From NCBI GenBank assembly GCA_002423185.1, contig DIUX01000002.1, positions 900,229 through 964,228 of the forward strand: DNA of 64,000 nucleotides. Reading direction: 5' to 3'. Shown here piece after piece: positions 61,311 to 64,000 of this stretch (its first letter is position 1; every line of letters begins with the position of its first letter). Source of the DNA: Micavibrio sp. UBA6147. Its GTDB lineage: Bacteria > Pseudomonadota > Alphaproteobacteria > Micavibrionales > UBA1664. The notes under the pieces are model-generated. The model was not told the DNA's origin, searched no databases, and was given only the letters and a program-made list of their open reading frames with translations. Position numbers and translations under genes: made by a program.

Positions 61311-64000
61311 TTACTCCACAATCAAATGCCCCGAGGCGATGAGGTCGTCCAGTGTGGCGGATGATAGATCGGTGCCGATGAGGTCGGCGGCTTTGATCCA
61401 TGAGCCGGTGCCGTCTTGGCGGATTTCGATGTCGTTGCCGCCGTTGACGCCATCGGTCACGAAACGCAGGAAGTCGTCAATGTCATCGCTCAGGCCGCTG
61501 TCATAGTCGATGACGTCGGCGAGGTTTAGGGCATCGTCTTGGGCGAGGTTGAAATCCTGAATCAAATCGGCGTCAACCGTATCGGTGATATAGAATGTGT
61601 CGGCACCGCCTTGCCCCCACAGCACGTCATAGCCATCCTCGCCATAGAGGTGGTCTTGCCCCGTGTTGCCATAGAGTGTGTCATTGCCGTCACCGCCATA
61701 GATGATGTCGTCATAAAAGGCGGTGCCGTTCAACGTTTCGTCCGATGATGTGCCGTTGATGGTGTTGGCACTGAACAGGCTCGATGTATAGGCCTCATCC
61801 CCGTCCGCGAAACGGATTTTTTCAACTTCGTATCCATTGCCCCAGAAATTGCGCAGGATGCTCACGATTGTTGAACTGCCCGCGACCTCAATCTTGATCG
61901 AGTCATTGGGGTTGGTATTGGTCAATAGGCTGGCACTCAAATCCCCGAACGACACGTCCGGATCAAGAAACACAATGGTGTCAATGTCATTCGGATTATT
62001 ATAGTCGTAAATCGAATTCAGCAACGAAGACCCGTCAATATAGAACGTGTCATGGCCGCCCCAGCCGGAATAGATGTTATTCCCGCCCATGCCGAACAGA
62101 TGGTCATCACCCGCGCCGCCTTGCATCGTGTCTTGACCCTCGCCGCCATATATCCAGTCATTGCCGTTCTCGCCCCATAAGTGGTCTGTACCGCTGTTGC
62201 CATAAATGACATCATCGCCGTCGCCACCATATAGAACGTCATTGCCCGCGTATCCTTCCATCAAATCAGCCGCAGACGTGCCGTAAATCGTGTCGGCACC
62301 GGATGTTCCGAGAATGATGTTCAAAGAGACCAAATCCGCGATGCGGTATTGCTCGCCCGTGGCAAAGGCGAGGGTTTCGACCTTGCTGTCATCATCGGCG
62401 TAATAGCCGGTGATCCGCGTTGTGCCGTTCGCTCCGTCAACGGTGAGTAACAAGTCGTCACCGTCCTGCGCCCAGTTCAAGGACGCAAGCGTTGTCACGC
62501 CACTCCACAGCAAAATAGTGTCATTGCCGGAATCCTCGTTCACCACATTCCCGATCGCGTTTTTGGTCAGGACATAAGTGTCATTACCCGCACCGCCATA
62601 CAGCGCATTATCGCCGCTTTGGCCGTGCAAGGTGTCGTTGCCGTCTTCACCATACAACGTGTCCTGACCGGAATTGCCGTATAAAATGTCATCGCCATCG
62701 CCGGCATAAATAATGTCATCAAAAAACGCCGTGCCGTTCAGTGTTTCGCCCGAAGCCGTCCCATTGATGGTGTTGGCGGCGAAAAGGCTCGACGCATAGG
62801 CTTCGTCATCATTGGCGAACACCAGTTTTTCGATCTCATAACCGCTTCCCCAGAAGACGCGCATCAAGTTTATAACGCTCGAACTTCCCGCAATATCGAT
62901 CCGTATGGAATCGTCGGGGTTGACGTTGGTAAAGCGCGACGCGCTTAAATCGGAAAATTCGATGCCGGCGTCAAGAAACACAACGGAATCAATATCATCG
63001 GGGTTGTTGTAATCGTAGAGGGTTTCGGTTCCGGCCGTTGCGGCGATATAAAACCGGTCATGGCCGCCCCATCCTGACATGACGTTGCTTCCGCCGCCGC
63101 CGTACAGATGGTCATTGCCGGCCCCTGCTTGAATCGTGTCATTGGCATCGCCGCCATACAGCGTATCGTCGCCATCCTCGCCATATAAAACATCATTGCC
63201 ACCGTGACCATAGATCACGTCATCGCCCGCTCCGCCATAAATCGTGTCCGCGCCGGCATAACCGTAAATCACGTTGTCATCCCCGTCGCCATACAGCGTT
63301 TCGGTCGATGGTGTGCCATGAAGCCCGCCCAGCAAATCAAAAATGGACGCGCTATCCGATCCATCAAACAACGCCACAGTTTCAGTCTGATAAGTTTCTC
63401 CCCAGAAAAACCGCTTGAGGTGGATCGCCTGAGATGTCGCGGTGACCGTTATCACGATGTCCTGTAAATCCGTCGACAGATTGACCGCAATATCGTCAAA
63501 CCCGATCCCTTCGGGCAGAACAACGACATCGTCACCGCCGGAGGTTTCATAGATATAGTCGGCGGTCGCGCCCGCCGTGATGTGATAGACCGTGTCGCCG
63601 CCGCCTGCATTGTCGTAGGAGTTGCTCCCCAGACCACCATAGGCGTGGTCGTTGCCGGATCCGACATGGATCGTGTCGTTCCCGTCACCGCCATAAAGCG
63701 TGTCATCACCCGCATCCCCCCACAAAACGTCATTTCCGTCGCCGCCGTGCAAGACATCCGCGCCATCGCCGCCATAAAGAACGTCCGCACCGCCCAGCCC
63801 CTCGAGAATATTATCCTCGGCATCGCCGGTCAAAGTGTCGTTATACGCCGTTCCTCTCACATTTTCGATGGCGGTCAACGTATCATCCGCCACAGTATCG
63901 GCATTTTCATCCACCGTTCCGGCGGCAAGGTTCACAACCACCGCCGCCATATTAGCGCTGTAATCCGCCGTATCGCTGCCAGCGCCACCATCCAAACTGT
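61311..64000 (-). CDS. large RTX (hemolysin-type Ca2+-binding repeat) protein with T1SS C-terminal target domain; N-terminus outside window
   Basis: Dozens of GGxGxDxL/I/Y nonapeptides (for example GGAGDDVIYGHGGNDVLYGEDGDDTLYGG). The frame stays open to the window end. The C-terminus DFLRFVTDGVNGGNDIEIRQDGTGSWIKAADLIG...LIVE resembles the type I secretion target domain. Confidence 0.92.
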   Translation of the reverse strand, partial: SLDGGAGSDTADYSANMAAVVVNLAAGTVDENADTVADDTLTAIENVRGTAYNDTLTGDAEDNILEGLGGADVLYGGDGADVLHGGDGNDVLWGDAGDDTLYGGDGNDTIHVGSGNDHAYGGLGSNSYDNAGGGDTVYHITAGATADYIYETSGGDDVVVLPEGIGFDDIAVNLSTDLQDIVITVTATSQAIHLKRFFWGETYQTETVALFDGSDSASIFDLLGGLHGTPSTETLYGDGDDNVIYGYAGADTIYGGAGDDVIYGHGGNDVLYGEDGDDTLYGGDANDTIQAGAGNDHLYGGGGSNVMSGWGGHDRFYIAATAGTETLYDYNNPDDIDSVVFLDAGIEFSDLSASRFTNVNPDDSIRIDIAGSSSVINLMRVFWGSGYEIEKLVFANDDEAYASSLFAANTINGTASGETLNGTAFFDDIIYAGDGDDILYGNSGQDTLYGEDGNDTLHGQSGDNALYGGAGNDTYVLTKNAIGNVVNEDSGNDTILLWSGVTTLASLNWAQDGDDLLLTVDGANGTTRITGYYADDDSKVETLAFATGEQYRIADLVSLNIILGTSGADTIYGTSAADLMEGYAGNDVLYGGDGDDVIYGNSGTDHLWGENGNDWIYGGEGQDTMQGGAGDDHLFGMGGNNIYSGWGGHDTFYIDGSSLLNSIYDYNNPNDIDTIVFLDPDVSFGDLSASLLTNTNPNDSIKIEVAGSSTIVSILRNFWGNGYEVEKIRFADGDEAYTSSLFSANTINGTSSDETLNGTAFYDDIIYGGDGNDTLYGNTGQDHLYGEDGYDVLWGQGGADTFYITDTVDADLIQDFNLAQDDALNLADVIDYDSGLSDDIDDFLRFVTDGVNGGNDIEIRQDGTGSWIKAADLIGTDLSSATLDDLIASGHLIVE
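61596..62255 (-). repeat. RTX module copy B (aa ~581-800 of the visible ORF)
   Basis: About 220-aa module: a nonapeptide block, then YDYNNPNDIDTIVFLDPDVSFGDLSAS...FWGNGYEVEKIRFADGDEAY...NGTAFYDDIIYGGDGNDTLYG. It is collinear with copy A at an offset of 336 aa. Confidence 0.8.
62601..63263 (-). repeat. RTX module copy A (aa ~245-465 of the visible ORF)
   Basis: YDYNNPDDIDSVVFLDAGIEFSDLSAS...FWGSGYEIEKLVFANDDEAY...NGTAFFDDIIYAGDGDDILYG. A more divergent third copy lies at aa ~66-215. Confidence 0.8.

Noticed and set aside
1-64000. I searched for mobile elements, prophage genes, CRISPR arrays, and rRNA or tRNA genes.
   Set aside because: I saw no transposase, integrase or recombinase-like ORF and no regularly spaced direct repeats. 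I also saw no tRNA cloverleaf signature (GTTCGAATC-type T-arm with a matching acceptor stem) and no rRNA-like segment. This was a by-eye scan, so tRNAscan-SE, Infernal or ISfinder could still find something small.

Overview
This is a 64-kb chromosomal window of roughly mid-50s % GC, judged by eye. Gene content and protein sequences suggest an alphaproteobacterium, which is an inference I cannot verify here. I call about 47 protein-coding genes. Reading both strands, I found no rRNA or tRNA genes, CRISPR arrays, transposases, integrases or phage genes.

Most of the window is core metabolism in recognisable units:
- purD (5'-truncated at the window edge), then tadA / rluB / rsmD / uppP
- tldD, and the divergent pair rsmE / ubiA
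- a 1608-aa NAD-specific glutamate dehydrogenase and an SRAP/YedK gene
- the glycine-cleavage operon gcvT-gcvH-gcvPA-gcvPB
- beta-oxidation genes: fadE divergent from fadD, then fadA plus a FadN-type dehydrogenase/hydratase
- the five-enzyme histidine utilisation set hutF | hutI | hutG-hutH-hutU
- a KefG/KefC-type K+ efflux pair, and nadC

The less ordinary loci are:
1. Two TerD-domain proteins bracket a CaCA (YrbG-type) Ca2+/cation antiporter at 8.7-11.8 kb.
2. An orphan island lies at 21.9-26.5 kb. It has a 785-bp non-coding spacer with a G-run-rich tract, a TelA-like protein interrupted by a glycine-zipper hydrophobic segment, and two unassignable proteins.
3. A signalling operon lies at 54.5-61.1 kb. 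It encodes a CheY-like REC, a doubly degenerate GGDEF-EAL protein, a PhnD-type binding protein and a 1264-aa MHYT/PilJ/GAF hybrid kinase with Hpt. It sits immediately downstream of a large modular RTX protein that is truncated at the window end.
4. A 921-aa secreted protein combines ankyrin, LysM and subtilase-like regions.
5. A membrane protein carries an SNase-like domain that appears catalytically dead.

All domain calls come from motif recognition by eye. No database search was run.
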